The position numbers and the translations under genes were made by a program. A stretch of 64,000 bases of DNA from an uncultured Clostridia bacterium (GTDB lineage Bacteria; Bacillota; Clostridia; Christensenellales; CAG-314), in contig CANRHN010000003.1 in NCBI GenBank assembly GCA_947630425.1, positions 2,824-66,823 on the forward strand. The letters run 5' to 3'. Within the stretch, counting starts at the first letter, position 1. Each line of letters opens with the position of its first letter. The notes beneath the pieces are model-generated. The model worked only from the letters and a program-made list of their open reading frames with translations, did not search any database and was not told the origin of the DNA. This document shows, one piece after another, positions 1-9,475 of the stretch.

Positions 1-496
1 AATCCACGTTGATTTGGTAGAACACGGGGTCATTGATGAGGCAATCCAAGGCTATCACGGGAATAAAGTTTTCATCTGCCAAGCGGTGAAACTCCTGCTT
101 GGGCATGTCGAAACAAATGCAAGCGGTGGCGGCAAGCTTTGCGGCGCGCTTGTCAAGCGAGTAGTTCAGCACAATGTTCTGATTTTCGCACAGCGGATTG
201 AGGCGGTGCATAAAGTACAAAATTTCCCTCTCCGTCAGCTCCGCGGCGTTTACGGAAGAGCGTATCACATAGGTGCGCGGCTGTTCGGTGTTTAGCCCCA
301 CGGCATACGGATTGGGCGAATAGTTGAGAAAATTTATCGCCTGCCAAACCTTCTTTTTGGTCGCTTCGGAGATGTGTTGATCTTCTCTTCCGTTTACGAC
401 GTAGGAAACGGTGGCAACCGAAACGCCCGCAAGCTTGGCAACGTCACGGTTGGTGGGTTTTTTGCTTTTTTGAGGAATGTTTTCCGTTCGATTCAT
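1..496 (-). CDS. LacI/GalR-family transcriptional regulator, N-terminal part (gene continues past the left window edge)
   Basis: Absent from the ORF track because it is open at the window edge. Reverse-strand translation from ATG (496-494) reads MNRTENIPQKSKKPTNRDVAKLAGVSVATVSYVVNGREDQHISEATKKKVWQAINFLNYSPNPYA..., a LacI-type N-terminal HTH. Divergent from the GH13/sugar ABC operon. Confidence 0.8.
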   Translation of the reverse strand, partial: MNRTENIPQKSKKPTNRDVAKLAGVSVATVSYVVNGREDQHISEATKKKVWQAINFLNYSPNPYAVGLNTEQPRTYVIRSSVNAAELTEREILYFMHRLNPLCENQNIVLNYSLDKRAAKLAATACICFDMPKQEFHRLADENFIPVIALDCLINDPVFYQINVD

Positions 497-549
497 TCTT
501 CAAATATAACAAAAACGTAAAAAAAAGTCAATAGAAAAAGGAGATAACG

Positions 550-2223
550 GTGAACCGCAAGGCAATATTACACGTTCAGGACAGTCAGTTCTGCTACGCG
601 TTGGATGAGAACACGGTAGAATTACGTTTGCGCGTAGACAAAGAGGACGTTTTCGATTCGGTAAACGTCATCTACGGCAGCAAATACGATTTTTATCACA
701 AGCAGCTTGTTTCGCCCCTTGCAGAGCGTTTTTGCGACGGGAATTTTCGTTGGTATTGTTGCACGCTCAAGCTCGAGGACGTGCGCTTTGTTTATGTTTT
801 CGAGTTGGTGGAGCAGGGCAAAAGCTACTACTTTTCGGAGGACGGTCTGACGGAGAGCTACGACTTTTCCGTGTCGTACTACAACTCCTTTCAGCTGCCC
901 TTTATCAATTCGGCGGACGTGTGCAAGCCCGTAAGCTGGATGAAGAACGCCGTTTTCTACGAAATTTTCATTGACAGGTTTTACCGCGGCGATTTTTCCA
1001 AGAACGACAGCTACATAAACCTCAAATGGGGCGAAATTCCCAACCCCAAAAGCTTTGCGGGAGGGGATTTGGACGGCATAACGGACAAGCTGGACTACCT
1101 GCGCGCTTTGGGCGTCAACGCGCTGTATTTGACCCCCATATTCGCCTCCGACTCCAATCACAAGTACGACATTCACGACTACTTTGACGTGGACGCGCAA
1201 TTCGGCGGAAAGAAGGCGTTTTCCCGATTGGTGCAGGAAGCGCACAAGCGCGACATGCGAGTGGTGCTGGACGCCGTGTTCAATCATTGCAGCGAAAACG
1301 TCGCGCAGTTTAAGGACGTTTTGGAAAAGGGCAACGCTTCCGACTACTTCGATTGGTTCATAATTCATGGCGACCGCGCCGTAAAGGGCAACTTCGAGTG
1401 CTTCGGTGTGTGCGACTACATGCCCAAGTGGAACACCAGCAACCCCGATGTGCAAAATTGGCTGACGGACGTCGCGCTCTATTGGACGAAGGAATTCGGC
1501 GTGGACGGCTGGCGTTTAGACGTGGCGGACGAGGTAAGCCACAGCTTTTGGCGGCATTTTCGCGAACGCATAAAGGCGCAAAATCCCGATTGCGTGATAC
1601 TTGGCGAAAATTGGCACGACAGCTACTCCTTTTTGCACGGTGAGTTCGACGGGGTGATGAACTACTCTCTTACAAAAGCGATTACCGACTATATTGTCGA
1701 GGGCACGTCAAACGCCGAGCAGTTTGCCGAGACGCTTTCCGCGCTTTACATGCGCAACACTCAAACAGCCAACAAGCAAATGCTCAATCTGGTTGACAGT
1801 CACGACACGCACAGATTTTACACCCTGTGCGGCAAAAACATCGACAAGCTTGCGTGCGCGGTTGCGCTGATATTTTTGCACACGGGCGCGCCCTGCGTTT
1901 ACTACGGAACGGAGCTGCCTCTCGAAGGGGGCTACGACCCCGATTGTCGCAGGACGATGGATTGGAGTTCAAAAGGTCAATTGACAGAGCTGATTGCGTC
2001 CCTTTCACGGCTTCGCGCTCGCGCCGAAGTGGCGGACGGACAAATAGCCTTTGGCAGTAACGACGGCTTGTTTGTGCTGGAACGCCGCGCGGAAGGCACG
2101 TTGCGCCTTACCGTCAACGCGGGTAGCGAGGCAAAAAAATTTCTTCCGCAAGGCAAGGTTCTTTTGGCGCGCAATCTGCACGGAGAAACTCTTAAAACGG
2201 GTTTTGTTATAGAAGAATTTTAG
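550..2223 (+). CDS. GH13 alpha-amylase family enzyme, cyclomaltodextrinase/neopullulanase-like
   Basis: 557 aa. GH13 conserved regions DAVFNHC, GWRLDVADE, LGENWH and LVDSHDTHR follow a ~125-aa N-terminal domain typical of cyclomaltodextrinases. GTG start preceded by GGAG. Confidence 0.88.
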   Translation: MNRKAILHVQDSQFCYALDENTVELRLRVDKEDVFDSVNVIYGSKYDFYHKQLVSPLAERFCDGNFRWYCCTLKLEDVRFVYVFELVEQGKSYYFSEDGLTESYDFSVSYYNSFQLPFINSADVCKPVSWMKNAVFYEIFIDRFYRGDFSKNDSYINLKWGEIPNPKSFAGGDLDGITDKLDYLRALGVNALYLTPIFASDSNHKYDIHDYFDVDAQFGGKKAFSRLVQEAHKRDMRVVLDAVFNHCSENVAQFKDVLEKGNASDYFDWFIIHGDRAVKGNFECFGVCDYMPKWNTSNPDVQNWLTDVALYWTKEFGVDGWRLDVADEVSHSFWRHFRERIKAQNPDCVILGENWHDSYSFLHGEFDGVMNYSLTKAITDYIVEGTSNAEQFAETLSALYMRNTQTANKQMLNLVDSHDTHRFYTLCGKNIDKLACAVALIFLHTGAPCVYYGTELPLEGGYDPDCRRTMDWSSKGQLTELIASLSRLRARAEVADGQIAFGSNDGLFVLERRAEGTLRLTVNAGSEAKKFLPQGKVLLARNLHGETLKTGFVIEEF

Positions 2224-2232
2224 GAGGGGCTA

Positions 2233-3669
2233 ATGAAAAGAACCATTCCCGCCATAGCGGCGCACATTGCCCTGCTTGTCGCCTTGATTTGTTGTGTGGG
2301 GTTGCTTGGCAACACCGAGAACACAGAGGGCGTAAGCAAGTTTAACGGCGAGTTGGAGCATAACGTGACGTTGCGCATTTTGGAAAACGACACCGCCGTC
2401 AAGCAAGGCTATCTCGGCGAGCTGCTTGCCGCCTTCAACAAGCAGTACGCTTCCTACGGCATAAAGGCGGTGGACGCCAACATGGACCAATATACCGACC
2501 TTGCCAACGACGGTCCTTTCGGGTACGGTCCGGACGTGCTGTATCAGGCAAACGACGCGCTGATGAAGTACGTAGACAACAGGCACATCATGCCGCTGCC
2601 CACCGAAAGCATAGATTGCTTTGACACGGTGGGAGAAAAATCCTGGCAGGCTTACACGCGAAACGTGGAGGGCACAGACTATGTGTTCGGCGTGCCCGTA
2701 AACGTTCAGGGTCCGCTGTTGTACTACCGCAAGGACATGCTGCCGCAAAATTGGCAAACGGATTGGGACGACGACGGCGACGGAATTTGCGACATCGTTC
2801 AGTATTGGACGGACATGTACCGTTACTCAAAGCAGCTCAAGCAAGGTAACGAAGTAACCGCCGACGGCGCAAAAAAGTTCGGCTATATGAGGTCGTTTCT
2901 CGAGCCGTATTTTTCGGTAGGCTATCTGTACAGCTACGGCGGGTACACCTTCGGCAACAACAACACCGACCCCAAGGACATCGGTCACAGCGCGGGAGAG
3001 TCGTACAAGGGCGCGTGGGTGGTGCGGCAGTTGGCTTCCGTAATGGACGAACGGTGCATTGACGACTCCGTAACCGTCACGGCGTACTCGGCATTGGCAA
3101 GCGGAGAGTACTTTGCAACGGTTACCACTCCCGACGTTTACACGCTGTTTGTTACCGAAATGAAAAACAGGGGCTACTCCGACGAATATATAGAGGAAAA
3201 CCTTGTTACCGCAAACCTTCCGCTGTTGCCCGCAAGCGGCGACCTCGAGGACGAAAGCAAGGGCTGGGTGGAAAGCCGCATGATGGGCGGAATACAGGGC
3301 TACGCAATCAGCTCCTACACCAAAGCGCCCAACGCGGCGTTGGCGTTTGTCAACTTTGCCACAAGCTACGAGATGATTTTGCGCCGCAACGAGCTGTTGG
3401 GCATTGTGCCCGCGCGTACAGACGTGGCTTCGGCAGTGGGCGGTCTGTCCGCAATCATCAATTCCAACCTCGGCGAGGGCAACATTGTCGTTATGCCTTC
3501 CATCAGCGAGGTGGCGCAGATCTGGACGCCTTTGCAGACCTTCTTTCAGGACTTGGCAAAAGACCCCTTCCGCACCGACGGGTACAAGTACGACACTGTA
3601 AACAAAATCAAACAAAAGCTTGTTGAAGTGGACGAGCAAATTTATTCCGCCATCTTTACGTTGGCGTGA
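2233..3669 (+). CDS. Sugar (maltodextrin-type) ABC transporter substrate-binding lipoprotein
   Basis: 478 aa. Signal peptide with a Cys-containing lipobox-like segment (LLVALICCVGLL), family-1 solute-binding protein features, AGGAGG RBS. Lies between GH13 and two permease genes. Confidence 0.85.
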   Translation: MKRTIPAIAAHIALLVALICCVGLLGNTENTEGVSKFNGELEHNVTLRILENDTAVKQGYLGELLAAFNKQYASYGIKAVDANMDQYTDLANDGPFGYGPDVLYQANDALMKYVDNRHIMPLPTESIDCFDTVGEKSWQAYTRNVEGTDYVFGVPVNVQGPLLYYRKDMLPQNWQTDWDDDGDGICDIVQYWTDMYRYSKQLKQGNEVTADGAKKFGYMRSFLEPYFSVGYLYSYGGYTFGNNNTDPKDIGHSAGESYKGAWVVRQLASVMDERCIDDSVTVTAYSALASGEYFATVTTPDVYTLFVTEMKNRGYSDEYIEENLVTANLPLLPASGDLEDESKGWVESRMMGGIQGYAISSYTKAPNAALAFVNFATSYEMILRRNELLGIVPARTDVASAVGGLSAIINSNLGEGNIVVMPSISEVAQIWTPLQTFFQDLAKDPFRTDGYKYDTVNKIKQKLVEVDEQIYSAIFTLA

Positions 3670-3680
3670 GGAGGCTTCGA

Positions 3681-5111
3681 GTGACTGCAAACAATCAAAG
3701 TTTTTGGAAAAAGACCGCTCAAGGCGTAAAAGGCTTTTTTACGGATTTGGGCAAAAAAATCGCCGATTGGTTCAGGGGCGTTCCCACGCGGTGGAAAAAA
3801 CGCTTTGATTCCGTCAAGACGCTGCTTTCCAATGCCAACGGCAAGGTGATGGCTTCCTGCTTTGTTATGGGCTTGGGTCAATTGCTGTACGCTCAATGGA
3901 TCAAGGGGCTGATTTACCTTGTGGTGCAAGTCGCATTTGTGCTGTTTTTTGTGTTTGTGGGCGCAAAAGGCATAGTGGGACTGTTTACCCTCGGCACGGT
4001 GGAGGGCAACGCTTGGTACGGAGTTGAGGGGGACAACTCCGTCATTATGCTGCTGCTCGGCATTTTGTCCGTCATTGCATTGGTGCTGTACATAGCCGTG
4101 TACATTGCCAACATCAAGGACGCTTACAAAATTCAGTGTATTGTCGAGTCCTTCAAACAGCCGCCCACATTCCGTCGGGAGCTGGGCACCCTGCTCGACA
4201 AAAATTTCTACAAGGTCGCGCTTGCGCTGCCCATATTGGGAGTGTGCGTGTTTTGCATTTTGCCCATCATCTTTATGATTCTGATTGCTTTTACCAACTA
4301 CGGCGGAAAAACCGTTCCTCCGCGGCTGGTGGATTGGGTCGGGTTGGAAAATTTCGGCAAAATACTCACTCTGTCCGACTTTGCGCCCACCTTCTTCAAA
4401 ATTTTCGGTTGGAACATTTTGTGGGCGGTGCTTTCCACCTTTATCAACTATTTTGCGGGGTTGGGGTTGGCTTTGTTGCTCAATCGCAAATGCGTAAAGG
4501 GCAAAGTGTTTTGGAGATTGTTCCCCATTCTTGCCTATGCCGTGCCGGGATTTATAACTCTCATCGGCTTTAAGTTTATGTTTTCCTACGGCGGACCTAT
4601 CAACTACTACATCACAAAGGCGGGCGGCAACGCGGTGGGATTTTTGGACATAGACGCCAAGTGGCCCAGCCGAATTATAGGACTTGCCGTCAACGCTTGG
4701 TTGTGCATACCCAGCAGCATGCTGCTTGCAACGGGCATACTTTCCAACATGAACACCGATTTGTACGAGGCGGCGCGCGTGGACGGAGCAAGCAGTTGGA
4801 AGCAGTTTACCAAAATAACCCTTCCCTATGTGCTGTTTGCCACAATGCCCGTGCTGATTTCGCAATTTATCGGCAACTTCAACAACTTCGGCATTTTCTA
4901 TTTTTTGCGCGGAGGGCTGTATATAGACGGGTATTTTTTGGCAAGCGACACAGACCTGCTCATCAATTGGCTGTACAACATGTCGATCGACAACAACTAC
5001 TATTCTATCGGAGCGGCGATATCCATCGTCATATTTGTGGTCACGTCCGTCATTTCGCTCACCGTTTACGTGCTTAGCCCATCATACAAGCAGGAGGACA
5101 CCTATCAATGA
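3681..5111 (+). CDS. Sugar ABC transporter permease (MalF-like)
   Basis: Multi-TM protein with an EAA-type loop (LYEAARVDGASSWKQFTKITLP). The ORF opens at GTG 3666, but GGAGG at 3669-3674 favours the in-frame GTG at 3681. Confidence 0.85.
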   Translation: MTANNQSFWKKTAQGVKGFFTDLGKKIADWFRGVPTRWKKRFDSVKTLLSNANGKVMASCFVMGLGQLLYAQWIKGLIYLVVQVAFVLFFVFVGAKGIVGLFTLGTVEGNAWYGVEGDNSVIMLLLGILSVIALVLYIAVYIANIKDAYKIQCIVESFKQPPTFRRELGTLLDKNFYKVALALPILGVCVFCILPIIFMILIAFTNYGGKTVPPRLVDWVGLENFGKILTLSDFAPTFFKIFGWNILWAVLSTFINYFAGLGLALLLNRKCVKGKVFWRLFPILAYAVPGFITLIGFKFMFSYGGPINYYITKAGGNAVGFLDIDAKWPSRIIGLAVNAWLCIPSSMLLATGILSNMNTDLYEAARVDGASSWKQFTKITLPYVLFATMPVLISQFIGNFNNFGIFYFLRGGLYIDGYFLASDTDLLINWLYNMSIDNNYYSIGAAISIVIFVVTSVISLTVYVLSPSYKQEDTYQ

Positions 5112-5950
5112 AAAAGCTTGTCAAGCATCCCAAGCGTTTGTTCGGAGTTGCGCTTACGTACTTGCTGTTGCTTGTGGTTGCGTTTGTGTTTCTTTTCCCC
5201 ATTTTGTGGTTGGTGTTGGCGTCATTTTCCAAGAGCGGCTCACTCTACTCGTTCAAGGGGTTTTTCCCCACCGAGTACAGCTTTGACACCTTCAAAAAGC
5301 TGTTTGTCGACACGGAAATGTACAACTACCCCAGATGGTTTGCCAACACGCTGTTCATTGCGGTGATGAGCAGCTTCTTGGGCACTTTTTTGACCATTTT
5401 GACCGCCTACTGTATGTCGCGTTTTCACTTCAAAAGTCGCAAAGCATTGATGAAAACGACTCTGCTGTTGGGTATGTTCCCATCCTTTATGACAATGACG
5501 GCGGTTTACTTGCTGTGTACGCAGTTTAACCTTGTCAATCAGCATTGGGGACTTATTCTCATCTACTCGGCGGGTGCGCCTATGGGCTACCTTACGCAAA
5601 AAGGATTTTTCGACACCATTTCGATATCGGTGGACGAGGCGGCGCGCATAGACGGGGCTTCCAATTTTCAGATTTTTATCAAAATCACGCTCCCTCTTGC
5701 CAAGCCTATGATAGTGTACACCCTGCTGTCCTCCTTTGTGTGGCCTTGGAGCGATTTCATTCTGCCCAAGCTTCTGCTCAAAAACAAGGACCTTTACACG
5801 GTGGCGGTGGGTTTGATGTCGCTGGACAACACGGAATTTTCCCGCTTTGCCGCGGGCTCGGTGTTTATTGCGATACCGATAGTAATTTTCTACTTTGCGC
5901 TGTCGAAGTTTTTGATTGGCGGTCTTTCCGCAGGGGCAGTAAAGCAATAA
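5108..5950 (+). CDS. Sugar ABC transporter permease (MalG-like)
   Basis: 280 aa, six TM segments, EAA motif (VDEAARIDGASNFQIFIKITLP). ATGA overlap with the upstream permease. Confidence 0.88.
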   Translation: MKKLVKHPKRLFGVALTYLLLLVVAFVFLFPILWLVLASFSKSGSLYSFKGFFPTEYSFDTFKKLFVDTEMYNYPRWFANTLFIAVMSSFLGTFLTILTAYCMSRFHFKSRKALMKTTLLLGMFPSFMTMTAVYLLCTQFNLVNQHWGLILIYSAGAPMGYLTQKGFFDTISISVDEAARIDGASNFQIFIKITLPLAKPMIVYTLLSSFVWPWSDFILPKLLLKNKDLYTVAVGLMSLDNTEFSRFAAGSVFIAIPIVIFYFALSKFLIGGLSAGAVKQ

Positions 5951-6615
5951 GTCGCATCGGGCGACTCCGTGAAAAAAGGGCTTCGAGGTGTCGCATCGGG
6001 TATTCGCCGCAAAACGGGCTTCGCAGTGCCGCTCGCATATTCCCCGAAAAAAGGCTTCGCTCGCACTTCGCGCCCTTTAGTCGAGGGACATATTCGACTT
6101 TGCGCGAAATGCTCGTTGCAGATTATTTTTCGGGAAACATACTCGCGGCTATGGTGAATAAGGTTTGGGTGTTTTTCTTCGTAAAAATTTATTGTGAGGT
6201 GTTCGTTGCAGATTATTTTTCACGGAGTGCCCTCGCTCCCGGGTAAACAAGGTTGGGGTGGACTTCTTCGTAGAGGTGTGTAGTAAGCTTACAGCTGTTC
6301 CAAAAGCCTTCTCTTGAGGACGCAAGAGAAGGGGGACCGCAAAGGGGACCCCAACGAGTTGAGTATAACGAAACTTGTTGGGGAGAGGAACAGCTGACCG
6401 ATAGCGGAACCGACCGAGCCTTGCGCGAGGTTGGTGCTATCGAGGGAAAGCTGTGACGAGCGGTGGATGAGTTTCGACACAAAGGGGGGCTTTCCCTTTG
6501 AGAGGAAAAGTGTCGCTCTGGTATTCGCCCAAACGCAAATTTTTATTTGATATTACCTCTCGCGGAGTGTTCGACCGTCTTGTAACATTCCCGAAGTAAT
6601 AGATTTTTCTCCTAA
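5951..6615. repeat. Mosaic interspersed repeat block RB1 (gene-free)
   Basis: Starts right after the malG-like stop with GTCGCATCGGG (twice). Contains GGTATTCGCCGCAAAACGGGCTTCGC, two copies of the 36-nt GTTGCAGATTATTTTTC... motif (6115-6150, 6205-6240) and a long-form core module. The same pieces recur in the other blocks listed below. Confidence 0.9.
6307..6478 (+). repeat. Core module, long form (HP2, then HP1 arms enclosing a 119-nt insert, then the GGATGAGTTTCGAC tail)
   Basis: CCTTCTCTTG-AGGACG-CAAGAGAAGG hairpin, then GGGACCGC, a 119-nt insert (6341-6459), then GCGGTGGATGAGTTTCGAC. Near-identical copies at 36990-37160 (-) and 45883-46054 (-). Confidence 0.9.
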
Positions 6616-6616
6616 A

Positions 6617-6655
6617 CAGACAGCCGCGCAAAAAAGCGCGGTTGTCTGCATTTTG
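6617..6655 (+). terminator. Rho-independent terminator-like hairpin
   Basis: CAGACAGCCGCGC-AAAAAA-GCGCGGTTGTCTG (13-bp stem with one G.T) followed by CATTTTG. Confidence 0.6.
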
Positions 6656-6750
6656 CAGCTTGATTTTTGCTCCGACAGGCTTGCGGGGGCGGAAAAAGGC
6701 GATTTTTGAGGAAAAATATCTTCAAATGGACTTAAATGCCGCTGAATAGA

Positions 6751-6779
6751 TTGACAATAATATGAATTTATATGATAAT
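6751..6779 (+). promoter_or_regulatory. Putative sigma-70-type promoter of the ABC/Big_2 operon
   Basis: TTGACA (6751-6756), 17 nt, GATAAT (6774-6779). Confidence 0.5.
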
Positions 6780-6890
6780 AGATAGCAGACTTTACGCAAG
6801 TCGGTCGCTCGATTTTGCATACAAGAGCAAAAAATCCAAATGCTAACCGAAAGGTTACAAACAGCGAACCGACAATTCAAGAGAGGATTT

Positions 6891-7721
6891 ATGGCAAAGA
6901 ACATCAAGCAAAACGAGGCGCAAAACGTGCCGCAACAAAAGCGCGACATTCCCGTGGTGGAAATAGTCGGGTTGTGCAAAAAGTATTCCAAAAAAGCCGA
7001 CTACGCCGTTCGCGACGTCAGCTTCAGCTGCTATGCGGGAGAAATTGTGGGCTTGCTGGGACACAACGGCGCAGGCAAATCCACAACGCTCAAGTGTCTG
7101 GAGGGCATGCTCCCCTTTGAAGAGGGGGAAATACGTATCGGCGGACACGACGTCAAGCGCGAACCCATAGCCGCCAAGGCGGACATGGGCTTTGTTACCG
7201 ACAATCACGCGGTGTTCGTCAAAATGACGGGCACGGAGTACCTGTCCTTTATGGCAACGGTGTACAGAGTTCCGCAGGAGGTGCGCCGTCAGCGTTACGA
7301 GGAGTTGGAAAAGATATTCTGTCTCGGCGACGCCGTGAACAACCTTATTTCTTCCTACTCGCACGGAATGAGGCAAAAAATCTGCATGATGGGCTCGCTC
7401 ATGCACCGTCCGCATTTGTGGATTTTGGACGAACCCCTGACAGGTCTCGATCCGCGCACGATGAAGGCGGTACGCGAATTTATGAAGCAGTACGCCGCGG
7501 AAGGCAACTGCATAATTTTCAGCTCGCACGCATTGGCAAACGTGGCGCAAATCTGCGACAGGGTGGTACTCATTCGCCGCGGACAGCAAATAGACCAACT
7601 CAACATCAAGCAAATGATGAAGGACAACCCCGAATTCGACTTTGAGGGTTACTTCCTCGAGGGCGAACGTCTTGCCGCAGAGGAAATGGAGCGCAAAGCG
7701 CAAGAGGGTGACGCCAAATGA
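6891..7721 (+). CDS. ABC transporter ATP-binding protein
   Basis: Walker A GHNGAGKST, signature-like YSHGMRQK, Walker B LWILDEP. The ORF opens at 6840, but GAGAGGA followed by ATG at 6891 (MAKNIKQ...) is the better start. Confidence 0.88.
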   Translation: MAKNIKQNEAQNVPQQKRDIPVVEIVGLCKKYSKKADYAVRDVSFSCYAGEIVGLLGHNGAGKSTTLKCLEGMLPFEEGEIRIGGHDVKREPIAAKADMGFVTDNHAVFVKMTGTEYLSFMATVYRVPQEVRRQRYEELEKIFCLGDAVNNLISSYSHGMRQKICMMGSLMHRPHLWILDEPLTGLDPRTMKAVREFMKQYAAEGNCIIFSSHALANVAQICDRVVLIRRGQQIDQLNIKQMMKDNPEFDFEGYFLEGERLAAEEMERKAQEGDAK

Positions 7722-9475
7722 CAAATTCCGACGCAACTCTTGTAAGAGCGCTTCTCAAAAAACAGCGCATCGAAGCAATGTACCGTTACCGCCGCGGCAA
7801 GTTCGACGTGGTGGGCTTTTTGCTGAGCGCACTGCTCATTGCCGCAATTGTGGCGTTGTTTGTGGTGTTTTTCGGCAAATTTGTAGACATTTTTACAAGC
7901 GTAAAGGGGCTTTTCGGAGCAGAAGCGGCAAGTGGCGGCGAACCTCGCCCGGCGTTTCACTACGATCTGCGCACCTACGAGCTGCTCACTCTGATGTACG
8001 CCGTGGCGTTTTTGTTTATGTTGATAAGCGCAATTTCGCAAATCAACCGTCAAATTTTCGACGCCGACGGCGCGCGGCTGTACTCTGCCATGCCCATCGA
8101 CGCCACAAGCTTGTACATTGCCAAAGCCATCACGATCTACTTCAGCCAACTGCTTGTTTCCTTTGTGGTGGTGTTTACCGTAAACTTGACGGTGTTTTTC
8201 CGAGTTGTGACAAAGGTCGCGTTCGGTTGGCAATTTTGGGTGACAACGGTTGCAACCTGCCTTGTGTTGCCCTTGTTGACAATTGCGGTCGGTTCGCTGC
8301 TTGCGCTGCCCGTCAATTGGTTCAAGCGTTTTTTGAAGGACCGCTTTGTTCTCAACTTTTTGTTGGTAACGGCGTTGACGGGCGTTGCGTTTTGGCTGTA
8401 CTCCATTGTGCTCAATGCCGTAAGACAAATGCTGCTCGGAGACGACCTCAAGTACTTCTTTGACGAAAAGAAAATGACTGTCTTAGTCAAGCTGGTGAGC
8501 TGCATGTACCCCATCAAGTGGGTGGTGGACCTGCTTTTGGCAAACGTTCACCCTGCCGCCTCGGGCATAGGTCACAACGCGCTTGTCGCCGGTTTGGGAA
8601 TTGCCGCCGTACTCATTGTGTGCATTGCGCTTTCCCTCGTTATGCTGCGCTACATGCTTCAGCGCGCGCTTCAATCGCGCAACGTGGGCAGCAGCAACTA
8701 TATCAAGCATCACAGCAACCTGCTTGCGGGAAAAAACGGATTCTTCGCGCTGGTCAAAAAGGACTTTTTGCTCATTTTCCGCACCCCGAGCTATATGTTC
8801 AGCTACCTGTCCGTGGCAGTAATTATGCCGCTGATGGTTTACTTCTGCATGTCGGTGGGCAGCTCATTGGTCAAGGATCTGATAGGCGTCAACTTGGACG
8901 TGGAGCTTGCGCTGTTTTTGACGTTGCTGTTCGGCGCGTTGACAAACATCTTTTGCGCAACAAACGTCAGCCGTGACGGCGAAATGTTCTACTCCGTCAA
9001 GGCGTACCCGCTGGGCTACAAATCGGTGTTCTTTTCCAAAATATTTTTGTGCATGATCGTCACCGTACTTTCGCAGTTGGCAAGCGCAACGGTGCTCGCG
9101 GCTACGGGCATGGTCCGTTGGTATCAAGCGTTGTTTTTGTTCGCTACGGGCGCGGTGTTCGGCTTTGTCAACGTGTGCGTTGCCACGCGTTACGACTTTA
9201 ATCATGCGCACTTTTCCACCGACGAGGACGGCGAAATCAAGGAATCGGGCGGGGTGGTTTCCACAATCATCGTGTTCGGAATGTTGTCGGCATTCGTCGT
9301 GGGCGGCGTGCTGCTTGTCGTTCGGGTGCTGACCGAACTCAAGGAATTGTCTCTCGGTTGGCTCACCTATGTGTTGGGAATGGCAATTGCGGCAGTTTGC
9401 GCCCTGCTTGCGTACTTCTACTTTGTGGGCAGGCTGGGTAAAAAGTACTATCAATTCGAAGGAGGAGAAATTTAA
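7718..9475 (+). CDS. Multi-TM putative ABC exporter permease (ABC_export/PF16962-like)
   Basis: 585 aa with many hydrophobic helices. ATGA overlap with the ATPase gene. The N-terminus (LLKKQRIEAMYRYRRGKFD then a TM helix) resembles the putative ABC exporter family as I recall it. Confidence 0.65.
   Translation: MTNSDATLVRALLKKQRIEAMYRYRRGKFDVVGFLLSALLIAAIVALFVVFFGKFVDIFTSVKGLFGAEAASGGEPRPAFHYDLRTYELLTLMYAVAFLFMLISAISQINRQIFDADGARLYSAMPIDATSLYIAKAITIYFSQLLVSFVVVFTVNLTVFFRVVTKVAFGWQFWVTTVATCLVLPLLTIAVGSLLALPVNWFKRFLKDRFVLNFLLVTALTGVAFWLYSIVLNAVRQMLLGDDLKYFFDEKKMTVLVKLVSCMYPIKWVVDLLLANVHPAASGIGHNALVAGLGIAAVLIVCIALSLVMLRYMLQRALQSRNVGSSNYIKHHSNLLAGKNGFFALVKKDFLLIFRTPSYMFSYLSVAVIMPLMVYFCMSVGSSLVKDLIGVNLDVELALFLTLLFGALTNIFCATNVSRDGEMFYSVKAYPLGYKSVFFSKIFLCMIVTVLSQLASATVLAATGMVRWYQALFLFATGAVFGFVNVCVATRYDFNHAHFSTDEDGEIKESGGVVSTIIVFGMLSAFVVGGVLLVVRVLTELKELSLGWLTYVLGMAIAAVCALLAYFYFVGRLGKKYYQFEGGEI

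Noticed and set aside
14-347. ORFs 14..295 (+) and 153..347 (-)
   Set aside because: Both overlap the LacI-family gene that reads through this region in another minus-strand frame with a clear HTH N-terminus.
6461-6478. Hammerhead-like core in the module tail (GATGAG ... CGAAAC)
   Set aside because: GGATGAG and CGAAAC lie on opposite strands of the same 14-nt segment. The CUGANGA box is not matched (UGGAUGA), and no stem I/II/III arrangement can be drawn.
6213-6482. Recurrent ORFs inside the repeats (MSKLIHRSSQLSLDSTNLAQGSVGSAIG... at 6289..6480, 33498..34022, 36934..37131 and 45881..46138, plus MLGVCAIVTLRARCAAS... at 24609..25022 and 37200..37439)
   Set aside because: They exist only because the repeat is copied. 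They have no RBS, start and end at different points in different copies, and the sequence is better explained by nested hairpins.
6479-6500. Omega-RNA/guide idea: variable guide-like sequence following the conserved TTTCGAC end
   Set aside because: The flanks after the tail are not independent. Most begin ACAAAGG or ACAAA(A/G)TAAATATTTCG and are themselves repeat pieces. No TnpB, IscB or IS110 gene is in the window.
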